Part shown: positions 1 to 10,823 of the stretch, in pieces
Position numbering within the stretch: the stretch's first letter is position 1
Layout: every line of letters begins with the position of its first letter
NCBI GenBank assembly: GCA_030618505.1
Contig: JAUXDF010000001.1
Coordinates: 1 to 39,793 of the forward strand
Origin: Spongiibacteraceae bacterium
GTDB taxonomy: Bacteria > Pseudomonadota > Gammaproteobacteria > Pseudomonadales > PIVM01
Direction of reading: 5' to 3'
DNA: 39,793 nucleotides
The notes under the pieces: generated by a model
The model's database searches: none
Told to the model about the DNA's origin: nothing
What the model saw: the letters and a program-made list of their open reading frames with translations, nothing else
Made by a program: the position numbers and the translations under genes

Positions 1-815
1 TCTCCGAGCGCCTCAACCTGCGCTTTAACATAATCTTCTTCACCAACGGATACGCCACCACTGGAGATAATACAATCAGCCTGTTGCGCGGCACTTTGCA
101 GGGCCTCTCGGGTGGCCTGCTCATTATCGGCAATCACTCCCAGATCAACAAACTCATGACCACAGTCCGCCAGTAAACCCAGCAATGTGTATCGATTGGA
201 GTTAAAAATCTGCCCTGGCACAATAGGCTGCCCGGGCTCGACCAACTCATCGCCGGTGGACATGACCGCCACCTTCAATCGACGCAACACTGACAGGCGA
301 CCAAGCCCAACTGAGGCCAGCAAGCCCAGATCCTGCGGGCGCAATTTATGTCCCGAGGAGAGCAAATCATCGCCTTGCTTAATGTCCTGCCCTTTAGCGC
401 GAACATTTTGTCCTGCCTCGATATCACCGAGTAGTCGTACATTTTCACCATCAAGTTCGGTTTTTTCCTGCATCATGACGGTATCGGCACCCGGCGGCAC
501 TTCTGCACCGGTAAATATTCGCGCCAGGGTACCGGGCTGAAGCTGCGAACCGACCTGCCCCGCCGCTATACGCTGACTAACAGGAAAGGCCATATCAGGA
601 TTTTTTTGCCAGTCTTCAAGGCGCAGGGCATAACCGTCCATCGCACTATTATCCGCCGGTGGCACCGACACGGGCGAGCGGACGCTCTCAGACAGAATAC
701 GCCCAAGAGCATCCTCCAGCGCCACTGTTTCGGTATCGGTAATCGGCTTGACTTCATCTAGCAGCATAGCCAAAGCGTCTTCAAGGGGGGTTAAGCTGGA
801 TCTTGTTTTCGACAT
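1..815 (-). CDS. moeA: Molybdopterin molybdenumtransferase MoeA, N-terminal part (gene runs off the window start)
   Basis: Absent from the ORF track because it is open at the window edge. Hand translation from the ATG at 813-815 gives MSKTRSSLTPLEDALAMLLDEV...NSAMDGYALR...ARIFTGAEVPPGADTVMMQE with no stop down to position 3. SAMDGYA and TGA..P.GAD.V.QE are MoeA hallmarks. It lies just downstream of moaB. Confidence 0.85.
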   Translation of the reverse strand, partial: MSKTRSSLTPLEDALAMLLDEVKPITDTETVALEDALGRILSESVRSPVSVPPADNSAMDGYALRLEDWQKNPDMAFPVSQRIAAGQVGSQLQPGTLARIFTGAEVPPGADTVMMQEKTELDGENVRLLGDIEAGQNVRAKGQDIKQGDDLLSSGHKLRPQDLGLLASVGLGRLSVLRRLKVAVMSTGDELVEPGQPIVPGQIFNSNRYTLLGLLADCGHEFVDLGVIADNEQATREALQSAAQQADCIISSGGVSVGEEDYVKAQVEALG

Positions 816-862
816 TGTTAAACCTTGCTAATCGTTTTTTCAGAGGCTCAAGATGTAGTTGG

Positions 863-1390
863 TTAGAGTATTTTTTCACGCGTACTGAGAACACCCACAA
901 AATTGCAGGGACGGTGACGATTATCCAACTGCTCTTTTAATATGCCTTCCCAGGCGGTGCGGCATGCACCGGTTGAGCCTGGCACACAGAACACGACAGT
1001 ATTATTAGCCAGCCCCGCCAAGGCTCTTGATTGTACTGTTGATGTGCCAATTTCCTGATAAGACAGATAGCGAAACAGCTCACCAAATCCCTCGACAGCC
1101 TTATCGAACAAGGGAGCCACGGCCTCGGGTGTGGAATCTCGACCACTAAATCCAGTGCCGCCAGTTACTAATACCGCCTGTATATTGGCATCGGCAATCC
1201 AGCGGGACAAAATAGCGCGTATTTGGTAGATGTCGTCTATTACAATTGCCTTATCACACAGTTGGTGACCGGCCTCGCTCAGCTGCTCAACCAAATATTG
1301 GCCGGAGGTGTCGTTTTCTTCAGTGCACGTATCAGAAACGGTTAATACCGCCGCCCTGACACTCTCAAACTCTTTTACTACCTTGCTCAT
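863..1390 (-). CDS. moaB: Molybdenum cofactor biosynthesis protein B (MoaB/MogA fold)
   Basis: 175-aa ORF with VLTVSDT...TGGTGFSGRD...VFCVPGSTGA motifs typical of MoaB. Adjacent to moeA. Confidence 0.85.
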   Translation of the reverse strand: MSKVVKEFESVRAAVLTVSDTCTEENDTSGQYLVEQLSEAGHQLCDKAIVIDDIYQIRAILSRWIADANIQAVLVTGGTGFSGRDSTPEAVAPLFDKAVEGFGELFRYLSYQEIGTSTVQSRALAGLANNTVVFCVPGSTGACRTAWEGILKEQLDNRHRPCNFVGVLSTREKIL

Positions 1391-1399
1391 AAAATCTCT

Positions 1400-2314
1400 C
1401 TACCTTTTCTGATTGCAGGAGGCGCTAGTTTTGACTTTGTCACCCTGGCCAAAATACTCTTTCACTATGTCGACGAGCCCGGTTTTCCAGGGTCGCTGCT
1501 TGATACCAAAACTGTTCAGTAACTTTTGGCAGGACAACACTACCGGCGCAACGAACAATACCTCATCACTATCACAATGAGTTTCAGCAAGACGGATCTT
1601 ATCTTCGGCTAAATCAGGACTATACTGCCCGGCTATGGCGAGCAAGGCTTCGGCAAATTGGTAGCCATTGGTTACACCGGCACTGCAATAGTGGTAGGTC
1701 CCCTGGCAGCGGGCTCCAGCAGATAACTGCTGAATAATCGCAAAAATCACTCGCGCCAAATCTGCTGCGGAGCTTGGACAGGCGCTAACGGCAGAATTAA
1801 ACAATAGTGTTTCACCCCGCTCTGCCTGCTTCAGTAATCGGGTTAAATAGTTATCCCCCTGCGCAGAAAACACCCAGCCAGTGCGAAGGATAAGCAAGTC
1901 ATCAAGAGTGTTTTTCAGTTCCTGTTCAAGCTTTACTGACCATTTGCCAAGCTCATTTAAAGGCGCAAAAGCATCCTCTTCCACATAAGGAGTATTTTTA
2001 ATACCATCGTAAACCTGGTTATCTGTAACAAAGAGCATTTTGCAATGAAGCTTTGCACACTCCTGCGCCAATAGGCACAGCAGCGCCTTGTATGACTCAC
2101 GGCTGGGGGATATTTCTGATACCGTCCAGGCGCACAACACATAACACGGCTGTTGCCGGGCAAGCTCGCAAAGCAAAGGCGCCGGCTCATCGCCCGGCTG
2201 CCAATCAACAGTAATAAGTTCGGCGGGGATAGACGGCGCCAGCCGCAAGATTTCTCTGCCAAGCAGGGAATGCCCGCCAACCAGCAATATTTTTACTGCA
2301 GTAAATGCTGTCAC
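1400..2314 (-). CDS. RmlD-like (dTDP-4-dehydrorhamnose reductase family) sugar-nucleotide-binding SDR-fold protein, divergent
   Basis: 304-aa ORF. It has an N-terminal Rossmann-like ILLVGGHSLLG, then VTDNQVYDG...PLNELGK...LILRTGWVF...PSSAADLARVI, which aligns by eye to the RmlD STDYVF...PLNVYGKTK...RTSWVY...PT.A.DLA pattern. Only 9 nt separate it from moaB. Confidence 0.6.
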   Translation of the reverse strand: MTAFTAVKILLVGGHSLLGREILRLAPSIPAELITVDWQPGDEPAPLLCELARQQPCYVLCAWTVSEISPSRESYKALLCLLAQECAKLHCKMLFVTDNQVYDGIKNTPYVEEDAFAPLNELGKWSVKLEQELKNTLDDLLILRTGWVFSAQGDNYLTRLLKQAERGETLLFNSAVSACPSSAADLARVIFAIIQQLSAGARCQGTYHYCSAGVTNGYQFAEALLAIAGQYSPDLAEDKIRLAETHCDSDEVLFVAPVVLSCQKLLNSFGIKQRPWKTGLVDIVKEYFGQGDKVKTSASCNQKR

Positions 2315-2343
2315 TTCGCTACAAACTATACTCTATGCTGATT

Positions 2344-2907
2344 TTAGAAAGGGATATCATCATCAAAATCGTCAAAATTACCACTCGGTGCCGGCTGAGG
2401 CTGAGGCTGGGATTGCGATTGCGGCGGCTGTTGTTGTGATTGCTGCTGTGGTGATTGCTGCTGTGGTGAAGATTGTTGCTGAGAGGGCTGGGATTGCGGC
2501 TGCTGGTAACCCTGCTGTGGAGTCTGATTAAAACCTCCTCCCTGCTGATAATCACCCTGCCCGCCGCCTCGGCTATCCAGCATCTGCATCTCACGCGCAC
2601 GAATTTCTGTGGTATAACGATCCTGACCGGTATTCTTATCCTGCCATTTACGGGTACGCAGTGAGCCTTCGATATACACTTTTGAGCCCTTTTTCAGATA
2701 CTCACCAGCGATTTCTGCCAGACGGCCATTAAACGCCACCCGGTGCCACTCGGTGGCCTCTTTCTGCTCACCAGTCTGCTTATCCTTCCAAGACTCAGAG
2801 GTAGCAATAGTTACGTTGGTGACAGCCCCGCCGGAGGGAAAATAACGGGTCTCCGGATCACCACCAAGGTTGCCGACTATGATCACTTTATTAACGCCAC
2901 GAGCCAT
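2344..2907 (-). CDS. ssb: Single-stranded DNA-binding protein
   Basis: 187 aa. N-terminal OB fold [19 protein letters not shown]...TEWHRV, a Q/P-rich linker and the canonical acidic tip DDDIPF. Divergent from uvrA, the classic arrangement. Confidence 0.97.
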   Translation of the reverse strand: MARGVNKVIIVGNLGGDPETRYFPSGGAVTNVTIATSESWKDKQTGEQKEATEWHRVAFNGRLAEIAGEYLKKGSKVYIEGSLRTRKWQDKNTGQDRYTTEIRAREMQMLDSRGGGQGDYQQGGGFNQTPQQGYQQPQSQPSQQQSSPQQQSPQQQSQQQPPQSQSQPQPQPAPSGNFDDFDDDIPF

Positions 2908-3156
2908 GTGGATCTCCTAGATTTATACGATTTGAAGCAAGCCGGACAAATGAATACCCGGCCAGAGCGAAATATTGGACTGAGACTATACCCGATTAAG
3001 GTTGCTGCCTCCATATCCAATTAAGCTAACAAGCTCAACTTCAAGCTTGAAAAAGTAGCTAGATCACGAAAGTCTGCGCTCGACTATGTTTTCTGGGTTT
3101 AAAGAATTCCAAAGCGTTATACTGTGCTGTTTTGCGCTAGGTAGTTGTAGTTGTCT

Positions 3157-5979
3157 ATGGATAAGATCATTGTACGCGGTGCTCGCACCCACAATCTGAA
3201 AAATATCGACGTGGAAATCCCCCGTGACAAGCTGGTGGTGATTACAGGCTTGTCTGGCTCGGGAAAGTCTTCTCTGGCCTTTGATACACTCTACGCTGAG
3301 GGGCAGCGCCGCTACGTGGAGTCGCTGTCCACCTATGCTCGGCAGTTTCTGTCAATGATGGAGAAGCCGGATATCGACAGTATTGAAGGTTTGTCCCCCG
3401 CCATCTCGATCGAGCAAAAATCAACCTCCCATAACCCGCGCTCGACGGTGGGAACCATTACCGAGATCTACGATTATCTGCGACTACTGTTTGCCCGCGT
3501 AGGCGAGCCCCGTTGCGCCGAACACAACCTTCCCCTGCAGGCACAAACTATCAGCCAGATGGTTGATACAGCGCTCGCCATTGCCCCAGAAACAAAACTG
3601 ATGCTACTAGCCCCAGTGATACGCGAGCGCAAAGGTGAGCACTTACATACCCTGGAAAAGCTTCGCAGCGAGGGCTTTATTCGCGCCAGAATTGACGGCA
3701 TCGTTACCGACCTGGATGATCTGCCGCAGCTAAGTAAAAATCAAAAACATACGATTGAAGTGGTGGTTGATCGCTTTAAAGTAAAAAGCGAGATCAGCAT
3801 TCGTGTCGCAGAATCCTTTGAAACAGCCATTAAGCTATCTGACGGCCTGGCTTGCATCGCTTTTATGGATGGCGAGGCGCAGGACATTACTTTTTCGGCG
3901 CGTTTTGCCTGCCCTCAGTGTGGGCATAGCATTGATGAGCTTGAACCGAGAATGTTCTCCTTCAACAACCCGGCGGGTGCCTGCAGCGGCTGTGATGGGC
4001 TGGGCGTCAAACAATTTTTTGATATTGATCTGGTAGTAGCCCATCGCGAAGCGAGTCTGGCCGAGGGTGCGATTCGCGGCTGGGATCGGCGCAGCATCTA
4101 CTATTTTCATATGCTCAAATCACTGACGGAGCATTATAATTTTGATATCGACACGCCTTTTTTTGAGCTAACTAAGGAACAGCAACAGCGCATACTATTT
4201 GGCAGCGAAGGGGAGGAGATCAGCTTTAAGTACCTGAATGATCGAGGTGATAGCTTTCAAAAAACCCATGCTTTTGAAGGCATTATCCCTAATATGGAAC
4301 GCCGCTATCGGGAAACAGAATCACAGTCAGTGCGCGAGGACCTGTCAAAATATCTCTCCACCCAGCAATGTCCGCAATGTGATGGCTCACGCCTTAATAA
4401 AGATGCACGCCATGTGTTTATCGACAACAAAACACTGTCGGATATCACTGCAATGGCGGTGGGTGAATCAGCGCAATATTTCTCTCAGCTAAAATTCATA
4501 GATCGCCAGGCAAAAATTGCTGAAAAAATACTCAAGGAATTACGTGATAGGCTGAATTTTTTGGTGGATGTAGGGCTCAACTATCTAAGCCTAAGCCGTA
4601 GCGCGGAGACCTTATCCGGAGGGGAGGCCCAACGCATACGTCTAGCCAGTCAAATTGGCGCCGGCCTGGTCGGAGTAATGTATATTCTGGACGAACCCTC
4701 GATTGGACTACATCAAAGAGACAATGAACGCCTGCTAAACACCCTTACCCAATTACGCGATATGGGCAACAGCGTGATTGTCGTTGAACATGACGAAGAG
4801 GCTATTCGAGCGGCTGATTATATTATCGACATTGGACCACGGGCAGGAATTCACGGTGGCGAGATTGTAGGCCAAGGCAGCTTAGCGGATATCCTCAAAG
4901 CACCGGAGTCGCTCACCGGAATGTACCTTAGCGGTCAAAAAACCATTAAAATCCCAAATAAAAGAGTAGCTTATAATAGTAATAAGCTACTCAAACTAAA
5001 AGGAGCCACAGGCAATAACCTGAAGTCCGTGGACTTAAATATCCCTTTGGGGCTTTTTACCTGCGTTACCGGTGTCTCAGGATCGGGAAAATCTACTCTG
5101 ATCAACAGAACACTTTACCCGATTGCAGCCACGGAATTAAATGGCGCAACCACGCTTAAACCCGATGCCTACGAAACCATCAGCGGCCTTGGCCAACTCG
5201 ACAAATGCATCGACATCAACCAAAGTCCGATTGGCAGAACACCGCGTTCAAACCCCGCCACCTATACCGGCATATTTACAGCAATTAGAGAACTATTTTC
5301 AGGCACTGCGGAGGCGCGATCACGTGGCTATAAGCCGGGACGCTTTAGCTTTAACGTAAAGGGAGGACGCTGTGAAGCCTGCCAGGGAGATGGTGTTACC
5401 AAGGTTGAAATGCATTTTCTCGCCGATGTTTATGTGATGTGTGATATTTGCAAGGGCAAACGCTACAACCGAGAGACTCTGGAAGTGCTCTACAAGGGCA
5501 AAAGTATTGATGACATATTAAAAATGACTGTCGAGGATGCGCTGACGTTTTTTGAAAATATTCCAGCCATCGCCAGAAAATTACAAACCCTTATGGATGT
5601 TGGCCTTTCTTACATCTGTGTTGGCCAAGCGGCAACCACCCTATCGGGTGGAGAGGCACAACGGGTTAAATTGGCCAAAGAACTGTCGAAACGAGATACC
5701 GGAAAAACACTGTATATTCTTGACGAGCCAACCACCGGCCTGCACTTTGAAGACATTCAGCAATTACTCAATGTTCTTATCAAACTAAGGGACCATGGTA
5801 ATACCATCGTAGTTATCGAACACAACCTGGACGTGATAAAAACGGCCGATTGGCTGGTTGACCTGGGTCCGGAGGGAGGCGAAGGTGGTGGCGATATCCT
5901 CGGTTATGGTACACCTGAAGAACTGGCTTTGAGCCCGGTTTCACATACCGGAAGGTTTCTGAAGAAAATACTGCTGTAA
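3157..5979 (+). CDS. uvrA: Excinuclease ABC subunit A
   Basis: The 942-aa track ORF starts at TTG 3151. The ATG at 3157 gives [17 protein letters not shown], matching the canonical UvrA N-terminus. It has two ABC ATPase modules ([26 protein letters not shown] twice) and zinc-finger cysteines. Confidence 0.97.
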   Translation: MDKIIVRGARTHNLKNIDVEIPRDKLVVITGLSGSGKSSLAFDTLYAEGQRRYVESLSTYARQFLSMMEKPDIDSIEGLSPAISIEQKSTSHNPRSTVGTITEIYDYLRLLFARVGEPRCAEHNLPLQAQTISQMVDTALAIAPETKLMLLAPVIRERKGEHLHTLEKLRSEGFIRARIDGIVTDLDDLPQLSKNQKHTIEVVVDRFKVKSEISIRVAESFETAIKLSDGLACIAFMDGEAQDITFSARFACPQCGHSIDELEPRMFSFNNPAGACSGCDGLGVKQFFDIDLVVAHREASLAEGAIRGWDRRSIYYFHMLKSLTEHYNFDIDTPFFELTKEQQQRILFGSEGEEISFKYLNDRGDSFQKTHAFEGIIPNMERRYRETESQSVREDLSKYLSTQQCPQCDGSRLNKDARHVFIDNKTLSDITAMAVGESAQYFSQLKFIDRQAKIAEKILKELRDRLNFLVDVGLNYLSLSRSAETLSGGEAQRIRLASQIGAGLVGVMYILDEPSIGLHQRDNERLLNTLTQLRDMGNSVIVVEHDEEAIRAADYIIDIGPRAGIHGGEIVGQGSLADILKAPESLTGMYLSGQKTIKIPNKRVAYNSNKLLKLKGATGNNLKSVDLNIPLGLFTCVTGVSGSGKSTLINRTLYPIAATELNGATTLKPDAYETISGLGQLDKCIDINQSPIGRTPRSNPATYTGIFTAIRELFSGTAEARSRGYKPGRFSFNVKGGRCEACQGDGVTKVEMHFLADVYVMCDICKGKRYNRETLEVLYKGKSIDDILKMTVEDALTFFENIPAIARKLQTLMDVGLSYICVGQAATTLSGGEAQRVKLAKELSKRDTGKTLYILDEPTTGLHFEDIQQLLNVLIKLRDHGNTIVVIEHNLDVIKTADWLVDLGPEGGEGGGDILGYGTPEELALSPVSHTGRFLKKILL

Positions 5980-5984
5980 AGCTC

Positions 5985-6148
5985 AGCTACCTAGTGCCCA
6001 CCCAGAAATTAGGCAAAGAGATCCTGGCCAACGCAAATTTTGCGACTTAAAGGCCTTGAAAAGGCCTAGGAGCTAGATTTGCGTTGGCCGTGACCGTACT
6101 TAATTTTCGAAAATTAGCAGTTTCTGGATAGGCACTAGCTAGGAGCCT
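5985..6148. repeat. Composite nested inverted-repeat (REP/MITE-like) element between the convergent uvrA and rplQ genes
   Basis: Outer arms are ctagtgcccacccagaaa (5991-6008) and tttctggataggcactag (6121-6138), 16/18 complementary. Middle arms are ggccaacgcaaat (6026-6038) and atttgcgttggcc (6077-6089), 13/13. The inner hairpin is aggcctt-gaa-aaggcct (6051-6067). There is also a 16-nt perfect palindrome taattttcgaaaatta (6101-6116). Confidence 0.7.
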
Positions 6149-6190
6149 GTCGGATTTAACACTGACTTTCCATAACAAAAAAGAAGGCCA

Positions 6191-6223
6191 AAATATAAAA
6201 AACCGAGTATAACTCGGTTTTTA
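6191..6223 (-). terminator. Rho-independent (bidirectional-looking) terminator of the alpha operon downstream of rplQ
   Basis: Stem ccgagt (6203-6208), loop ata, stem actcgg (6212-6217), flanked by an A-run on one side and a T-run on the other. On the minus strand the hairpin is followed by TTTTTT. It lies about 30 nt after the rplQ stop. Confidence 0.7.
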
Positions 6224-6251
6224 GGTCTGACGATTAAATCAATATCTCGAT

Positions 6252-6638
6252 CTAGTCTTCATCATCCTCTTCAACTTCTACAGGACGATCAACCAGCTCA
6301 ACATAGGCCATGGGAGCTTTATCACCGGAGCGAAAACCACATTTCATAATCCTAATGTATCCACCGGGACGTGTGTTATAACGCTCACCAAGCTCATTAA
6401 ACAATTTACCGACCGCTTCCTTATCTCTTAGGCGATCAAAGGCCAATCGACGGTTGGCGACAGAATCAACTTTTGCCAAGGTAATAAGAGGTTCGGCATA
6501 ACCGCGCAACTCTTTTGCTTTGGGAAGGGTTGTTTTAATCAACTCATGTTCAACCAGGGAAACAGTCATATTGCGAAACATCGCTTTTCTATGTGAACTG
6601 TTGCGGTTTAACTGACGACCACTATGACGATGACGCAT
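6252..6638 (-). CDS. rplQ: 50S ribosomal protein L17
   Basis: 128 aa starting [24 protein letters not shown], a canonical L17 N-terminus. Last gene of the alpha operon. Confidence 0.98.
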   Translation of the reverse strand: MRHRHSGRQLNRNSSHRKAMFRNMTVSLVEHELIKTTLPKAKELRGYAEPLITLAKVDSVANRRLAFDRLRDKEAVGKLFNELGERYNTRPGGYIRIMKCGFRSGDKAPMAYVELVDRPVEVEEDDED

Positions 6639-6695
6639 GTTTTAATTCCTTACTATATGCTATTGCTTTCACAGCAATGCTGTAACTTCTATTTT

Positions 6696-7700
6696 TTACT
6701 TGCTGAGTATTTTTTCGTCGTTCTTCAAACTGGATGGTGGCCAGTTATCAAGACGCAGACCTAGAGAAAGACCTCTAGAAGCAAGTACATCTTTGATTTC
6801 AGTCAGAGACTTCTTACCAAGGTTTGGCGTTTTGAGCAATTCAACCTCGGTGCGCTGAACAAGGTCGCCAATATAATAAATATTTTCTGCTTTTAAACAG
6901 TTGGCTGAACGTACAGTCAGCTCAAGATCATCAACCGGCCGCAACAAAGTAGGATCGACCTCTTCTTCATGTTGCTCAGGCTCAACTTCTTTCTCACTTT
7001 CCAGATCAACAAATACGGCTAGCTGCTGCTGAAGAATGGTCGCAGCACGACGGATAGCTTCTTCAGGGTCAAGAGTACCATCGGTTTCCAGATCAAGAAC
7101 CAACTTATCAAGGTCAGTACGTTGCTCTACGCGAGCATTTTCCACCACGTAGGTAACCCGATGCACTGGGCTGAAAGAGGCGTCCAGCTGTAGTCGACCA
7201 ATAGAGCGAGACTCTTCATCGCCATTATCGCGCCCTTCTGCGGGCACATAACCACGGCCACGCTTAACGGACAATTTAATCGCCAGCTCACCGGCCTCAT
7301 TCAAATGCGCAATGACATGATCCGGATTTTTAACCTCAACATCGTGATCCACCTGGATATCACCAGCGGTAACCACACAGGGTCCTTTCTTATTCAGCAT
7401 CAGCACAGCTTCATCTTTACCGTGCATAACCACTGCAACACCCTTAAGGTTTAGCAGGATTTCAATCACGTCTTCCTGAACACCTTCAATGGCGCTGTAC
7501 TCGTGTAATACGCCGTCTATTTCTGTCTCAACAATTGCACTTCCGGGCATCGAGGAGAGCAATATTCTGCGCAAGGCATTGCCCAATGTGTGGCCGAAAC
7601 CACGCTCGAGAGGCTCAAGTGTCACCTTCGCATGGGTAGCGCTGATTTCGTTTACGTCGATTAGACGTGGTGTTAAAAACTCAGTCACTGCACTAGACAT
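6696..7700 (-). CDS. rpoA: DNA-directed RNA polymerase subunit alpha
   Basis: 334 aa with ...[23 protein letters not shown]... and a C-terminal domain [12 protein letters not shown]. Sits between rpsD and rplQ. Confidence 0.98.
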   Translation of the reverse strand: MSSAVTEFLTPRLIDVNEISATHAKVTLEPLERGFGHTLGNALRRILLSSMPGSAIVETEIDGVLHEYSAIEGVQEDVIEILLNLKGVAVVMHGKDEAVLMLNKKGPCVVTAGDIQVDHDVEVKNPDHVIAHLNEAGELAIKLSVKRGRGYVPAEGRDNGDEESRSIGRLQLDASFSPVHRVTYVVENARVEQRTDLDKLVLDLETDGTLDPEEAIRRAATILQQQLAVFVDLESEKEVEPEQHEEEVDPTLLRPVDDLELTVRSANCLKAENIYYIGDLVQRTEVELLKTPNLGKKSLTEIKDVLASRGLSLGLRLDNWPPSSLKNDEKILSK

Positions 7701-7753
7701 ATAAAAAGCACCCTTTGCGGTTTTGATTCGTTAATGAATCGCTACTTACACTG

Positions 7754-8374
7754 TTACTTGGAGTAGAGCTCAACGATAAGGTTTTCGTTGATTTCAGAGG
7801 ACAGCTCGGCCCTTTCAGGAGCGCTCTTGAACGTTCCTTCAAGTTTGCCTTCATTTACTTCAACCCACTCGGGGCGACCGCGCTGAGTAGCAATTTCCAT
7901 CGCCGACCTTATACGCATCTGCTTTTGCGATTTCTCTCTGATCGAGACAACATCACCGCCACTAACGCTGTAGGATGCAATATTAACGCCCTTGCCGTTA
8001 ACCAACACCGCTTTATGAGAAACCAGCTGGCGAGCTTCAGCACGCGTAGAACCGTAACCCATACGGTAAACTACATTATCCAGGCGGCTCTCTAGCAATT
8101 GCAGCAGGTTCTCACCGGTTGCGCCTTTACGTCTGGCCGCTTCACCATAGTAATTACGAAACTGTTTTTCAAGTACGCCATAGATACGACGAACTTTTTG
8201 CTTTTCACGCAACTGAACGCCGTAGTCTGACAAACGCCCTCTACGAACCCCTTGCTGCCCGGGGACTGTCTCAGCCTTACACTTGCTTTCAAGTGCTCTG
8301 ACTCCACTCTTCAGGAAGAGATCAGTACCTTCTCTTCTGGACAGCTTACAGGTTGGGCCTAAATATCTAGCCAT
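7754..8374 (-). CDS. rpsD: 30S ribosomal protein S4
   Basis: 206 aa starting [24 protein letters not shown]. Confidence 0.98.
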   Translation of the reverse strand: MARYLGPTCKLSRREGTDLFLKSGVRALESKCKAETVPGQQGVRRGRLSDYGVQLREKQKVRRIYGVLEKQFRNYYGEAARRKGATGENLLQLLESRLDNVVYRMGYGSTRAEARQLVSHKAVLVNGKGVNIASYSVSGGDVVSIREKSQKQMRIRSAMEIATQRGRPEWVEVNEGKLEGTFKSAPERAELSSEINENLIVELYSK

Positions 8375-8406
8375 GTTTGAATTTCCTGCTTTAAATCAAT
8401 GATACG

Positions 8407-8799
8407 TTATACGCGACGTTTCTTAGGAGGGCGACAACCATTATGAGGAATGGGTGTAACGTCCTTAATATTGCTGATCTTGTAGCCACAATTATTCAGA
8501 GCTCTAACTGCAGACTCTCTACCAGGGCCAGGGCCTTTAACTTCTACATCGAGATTTTTCAAACCAAAATCAAGTGCGGCGTTACCAGCTCGCTCTGCAG
8601 CTACCTGCGCAGCAAACGGAGTGCTTTTTCTTGATCCGCGAAAACCGGATCCACCAGCAGTAGCCCAGCTTAGAGCATTCCCTTGACGGTCAGTAATCGT
8701 TACGATGGTATTATTAAAGGATGCATGTATATGCGCAATCCCGTCTACGACTGTCTTTTTGACCTTCTTGCGGGTAGCTTTTGCACTTGGCTTAGCCAT
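8407..8799 (-). CDS. rpsK: 30S ribosomal protein S11
   Basis: 130 aa with ...[24 protein letters not shown]... and a C-terminal [13 protein letters not shown]. Confidence 0.98.
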   Translation of the reverse strand: MAKPSAKATRKKVKKTVVDGIAHIHASFNNTIVTITDRQGNALSWATAGGSGFRGSRKSTPFAAQVAAERAGNAALDFGLKNLDVEVKGPGPGRESAVRALNNCGYKISNIKDVTPIPHNGCRPPKKRRV

Positions 8800-8859
8800 A
8801 ACTTAATTCCTGGTATTAAAAGAACTACTTCTATAAATAAATACTGAACCAGCCAACAC

Positions 8860-9216
8860 TTACCTGCGAATAGGCTTGCGAGGCCCCTTTCGGGTTCTGG
8901 CATTCGTTTTGGTTCGCTGTCCGCGCAAAGGCAGATTGTTACGATGGCGCATGCCCCGGTTGCACTTCAGATCCATCAAGCGCTTAATATTCATCGATAT
9001 TTCACGGCGAAGATCACCTTCAACACTTAGCTGAGTAACTTTCTGGCGGATTAAATCGAGTTTGTCTTCTGTGACTTCACCGATCTTCACATCTTCAGCA
9101 ATACCAGTTTCTGCACAAAGCTTTTTAGCAGTAGTACGGCCAACACCATAAATGTAGGTTAGCGAGATTACTGCATGCTTGTGGTCTGGTATATTGACAC
9201 CAGCTATACGAGCCAT
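8860..9216 (-). CDS. rpsM: 30S ribosomal protein S13
   Basis: 118 aa starting [26 protein letters not shown]. First gene of the alpha operon. Confidence 0.98.
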   Translation of the reverse strand: MARIAGVNIPDHKHAVISLTYIYGVGRTTAKKLCAETGIAEDVKIGEVTEDKLDLIRQKVTQLSVEGDLRREISMNIKRLMDLKCNRGMRHRNNLPLRGQRTKTNARTRKGPRKPIRR

Positions 9217-9307
9217 TCAAATTACTCCAGTTACTATTTCTACCCTTAATTGGCCACGTTTCTGTGGGCCGGTCGCGAAAGGCGCAACAGGATAGCTTTT
9301 GCTTAAG

Positions 9308-9337
9308 TAAAAATCAACTTATTTAAATAAGTTGATC
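9308..9337 (-). terminator. Hairpin plus U-run downstream of rpmJ (spc operon terminator/attenuator ahead of the rpsM leader)
   Basis: Perfect palindrome atcaacttatttaaataagttgat (9313-9336), giving a 10-bp stem and 4-nt loop. On the minus strand it is followed by TTTTTAC. It starts about 10 nt after the rpmJ stop. The stem is AT-rich, so termination is probably partial. Confidence 0.5.
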
Positions 9338-9345
9338 TAACGATT

Positions 9346-9462
9346 TTAACCCTGACGCTGCTTATGGCGAGGCTCAGTCTTACAGATAACTCGAACAACA
9401 CCTTTACGTTTAACGATCTTACAGTTGCGACAGATCTTCTTTACAGACGCTCTAACTTTCAT
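9346..9462 (-). CDS. rpmJ: 50S ribosomal protein L36
   Basis: Below the ORF-track size cut-off. Hand translation gives [38 protein letters not shown] (38 aa), canonical L36 with its zinc-ribbon Cys/His. Sits between secY and rpsM. Confidence 0.95.
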   Translation of the reverse strand: MKVRASVKKICRNCKIVKRKGVVRVICKTEPRHKQRQG

Positions 9463-9497
9463 TTTGTGCCTCTACAAATATTCAATTACCAGAAGCG

Positions 9498-10823
9498 CTA
9501 CGATTTCTTACCGAAGCTCTTCAAATTAGCTTTGTCCATCAGTGAATCATACTGATGAGACATCAGATGCGATTGCACTTGAGACATAAAGTCCATAACA
9601 ACGACCACCACGATCAACAAGGAGGTACCGCCGAGATAAAATGGTACGTTAGCAACAACAACAAGAAACTGCGGCAATAAACACACCAAAGCAATATAGG
9701 CTGCTCCAAATACCGTTAAGCGCGTTAACACACCATCAATATATTTTGCTGTTTGCTCCCCTGGACGTATACCTGGCAGGAAGGCCCCGGAGCGTTTAAG
9801 GTTTTCGGCAACTTCTTTTGGATTAAACATCAAGGCCGTATAAAAGAAGCAGAAAAACACAATAAGCACGGTAAATATCAAAATATTCAGTGGCTGGCCT
9901 GGCCCTATAGCAAAAGCAATTTCCTGCAGCCAGTCCATTTCCTCTGATGATTGACCTACCCACTGAGCGATGGACGCTGGAAACAATAATATACTACTGG
10001 CGAAAATAGCTGGAATAACACCAGCCATATTAATTTTTAACGGCAGGTGGCTTGATTGCGCCTGCATTAATCGCCGCCCCTGCTGACGTTTGGCATAATT
10101 AACGGTAATTCTACGCTGCCCGCGCTCAATACGAACTATAAACCAGATCACTGAAACGGCGACGGCGATAATACTTAAAAGCACTAATATATGTAACTCA
10201 CCTTGCCTGGACTGTTCTAGTGACTGGCCGATCGCACCTGGCAAACCGGCAACGATACCAGCAAAAATCAGCATCGAGATACCGTTACCAATACCTCTCT
10301 CTGTAACCTGCTCACCCAACCACATCATAAAGACTGCGCCGGTAACCAGCGAAACCATGGAGATAGCGATCACCGAAAAACCATCACCAAAAAACAAACC
10401 CTGCGACGCCATGCCTACTGACATACCGGCTGCCTGAACAGTAGCCAATATTACCGTCCCGTAACGCGTGTACTGGGAAATCTTTCGTCGCCCGGACTCA
10501 CCTTCTTTTTTTAACTGCTCCAGCGTTGGGCTAACCGCGCTGAGTAACTGCATAATGATCGAGGCAGAAATATAAGGCATGATACCTAGCGCCAGGATGC
10601 TCATTCTTTCTAACGCACCACCAGAAAACATATTAAACAAACCAAGTATGGTACCTTGATTCTGATTAAATAGTGCGTCCAGCTGATCTGGGTTTATCCC
10701 CGGCACGGGTATATGTGTACCGATCCGATAAACAACTATCGCCATCAAAACAAAACGAAGGCGAGTAAAAAGCTCGCCTAATCCCTGTCTACCGCCTGAA
10801 TTTGCCTTTCCCGGGTTAGCCAT
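9498..10823 (-). CDS. secY: Preprotein translocase subunit SecY
   Basis: 441-aa polytopic membrane protein, ...[11 protein letters not shown]...[22 protein letters not shown]... Confidence 0.98.
   Translation of the reverse strand: MANPGKANSGGRQGLGELFTRLRFVLMAIVVYRIGTHIPVPGINPDQLDALFNQNQGTILGLFNMFSGGALERMSILALGIMPYISASIIMQLLSAVSPTLEQLKKEGESGRRKISQYTRYGTVILATVQAAGMSVGMASQGLFFGDGFSVIAISMVSLVTGAVFMMWLGEQVTERGIGNGISMLIFAGIVAGLPGAIGQSLEQSRQGELHILVLLSIIAVAVSVIWFIVRIERGQRRITVNYAKRQQGRRLMQAQSSHLPLKINMAGVIPAIFASSILLFPASIAQWVGQSSEEMDWLQEIAFAIGPGQPLNILIFTVLIVFFCFFYTALMFNPKEVAENLKRSGAFLPGIRPGEQTAKYIDGVLTRLTVFGAAYIALVCLLPQFLVVVANVPFYLGGTSLLIVVVVVMDFMSQVQSHLMSHQYDSLMDKANLKSFGKKS

Noticed and set aside
187-757. 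Track ORFs 187-540 (+) and 566-757 (-).
   Set aside because: Both lie inside the moeA coding region, one antisense and one out of frame. The in-frame minus-strand reading gives a clean MoeA N-terminal domain.
3118-3140. Possible LexA (SOS) box in the ssb-uvrA divergent promoter region: tatACTGTgctgttttgcgcta.
   Set aside because: Only the CTGT half-site is present. The position where ACAG (or the E. coli uvrA variant CAGG) should follow 8 nt later reads GCGC. There is not enough to call an SOS box.
6051-6067. Recurrence of AGGCCTT/AAGGCCT-type stems at 6051-6067 and 36101-36133, with gccttta/taaaggc at 24779-24797, as a possible shared repeat family.
   Set aside because: The shared core is only 6-8 nt built on the AGGCCT palindrome, and the loops and flanks are unrelated. 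This most likely reflects independent terminator-like hairpins.
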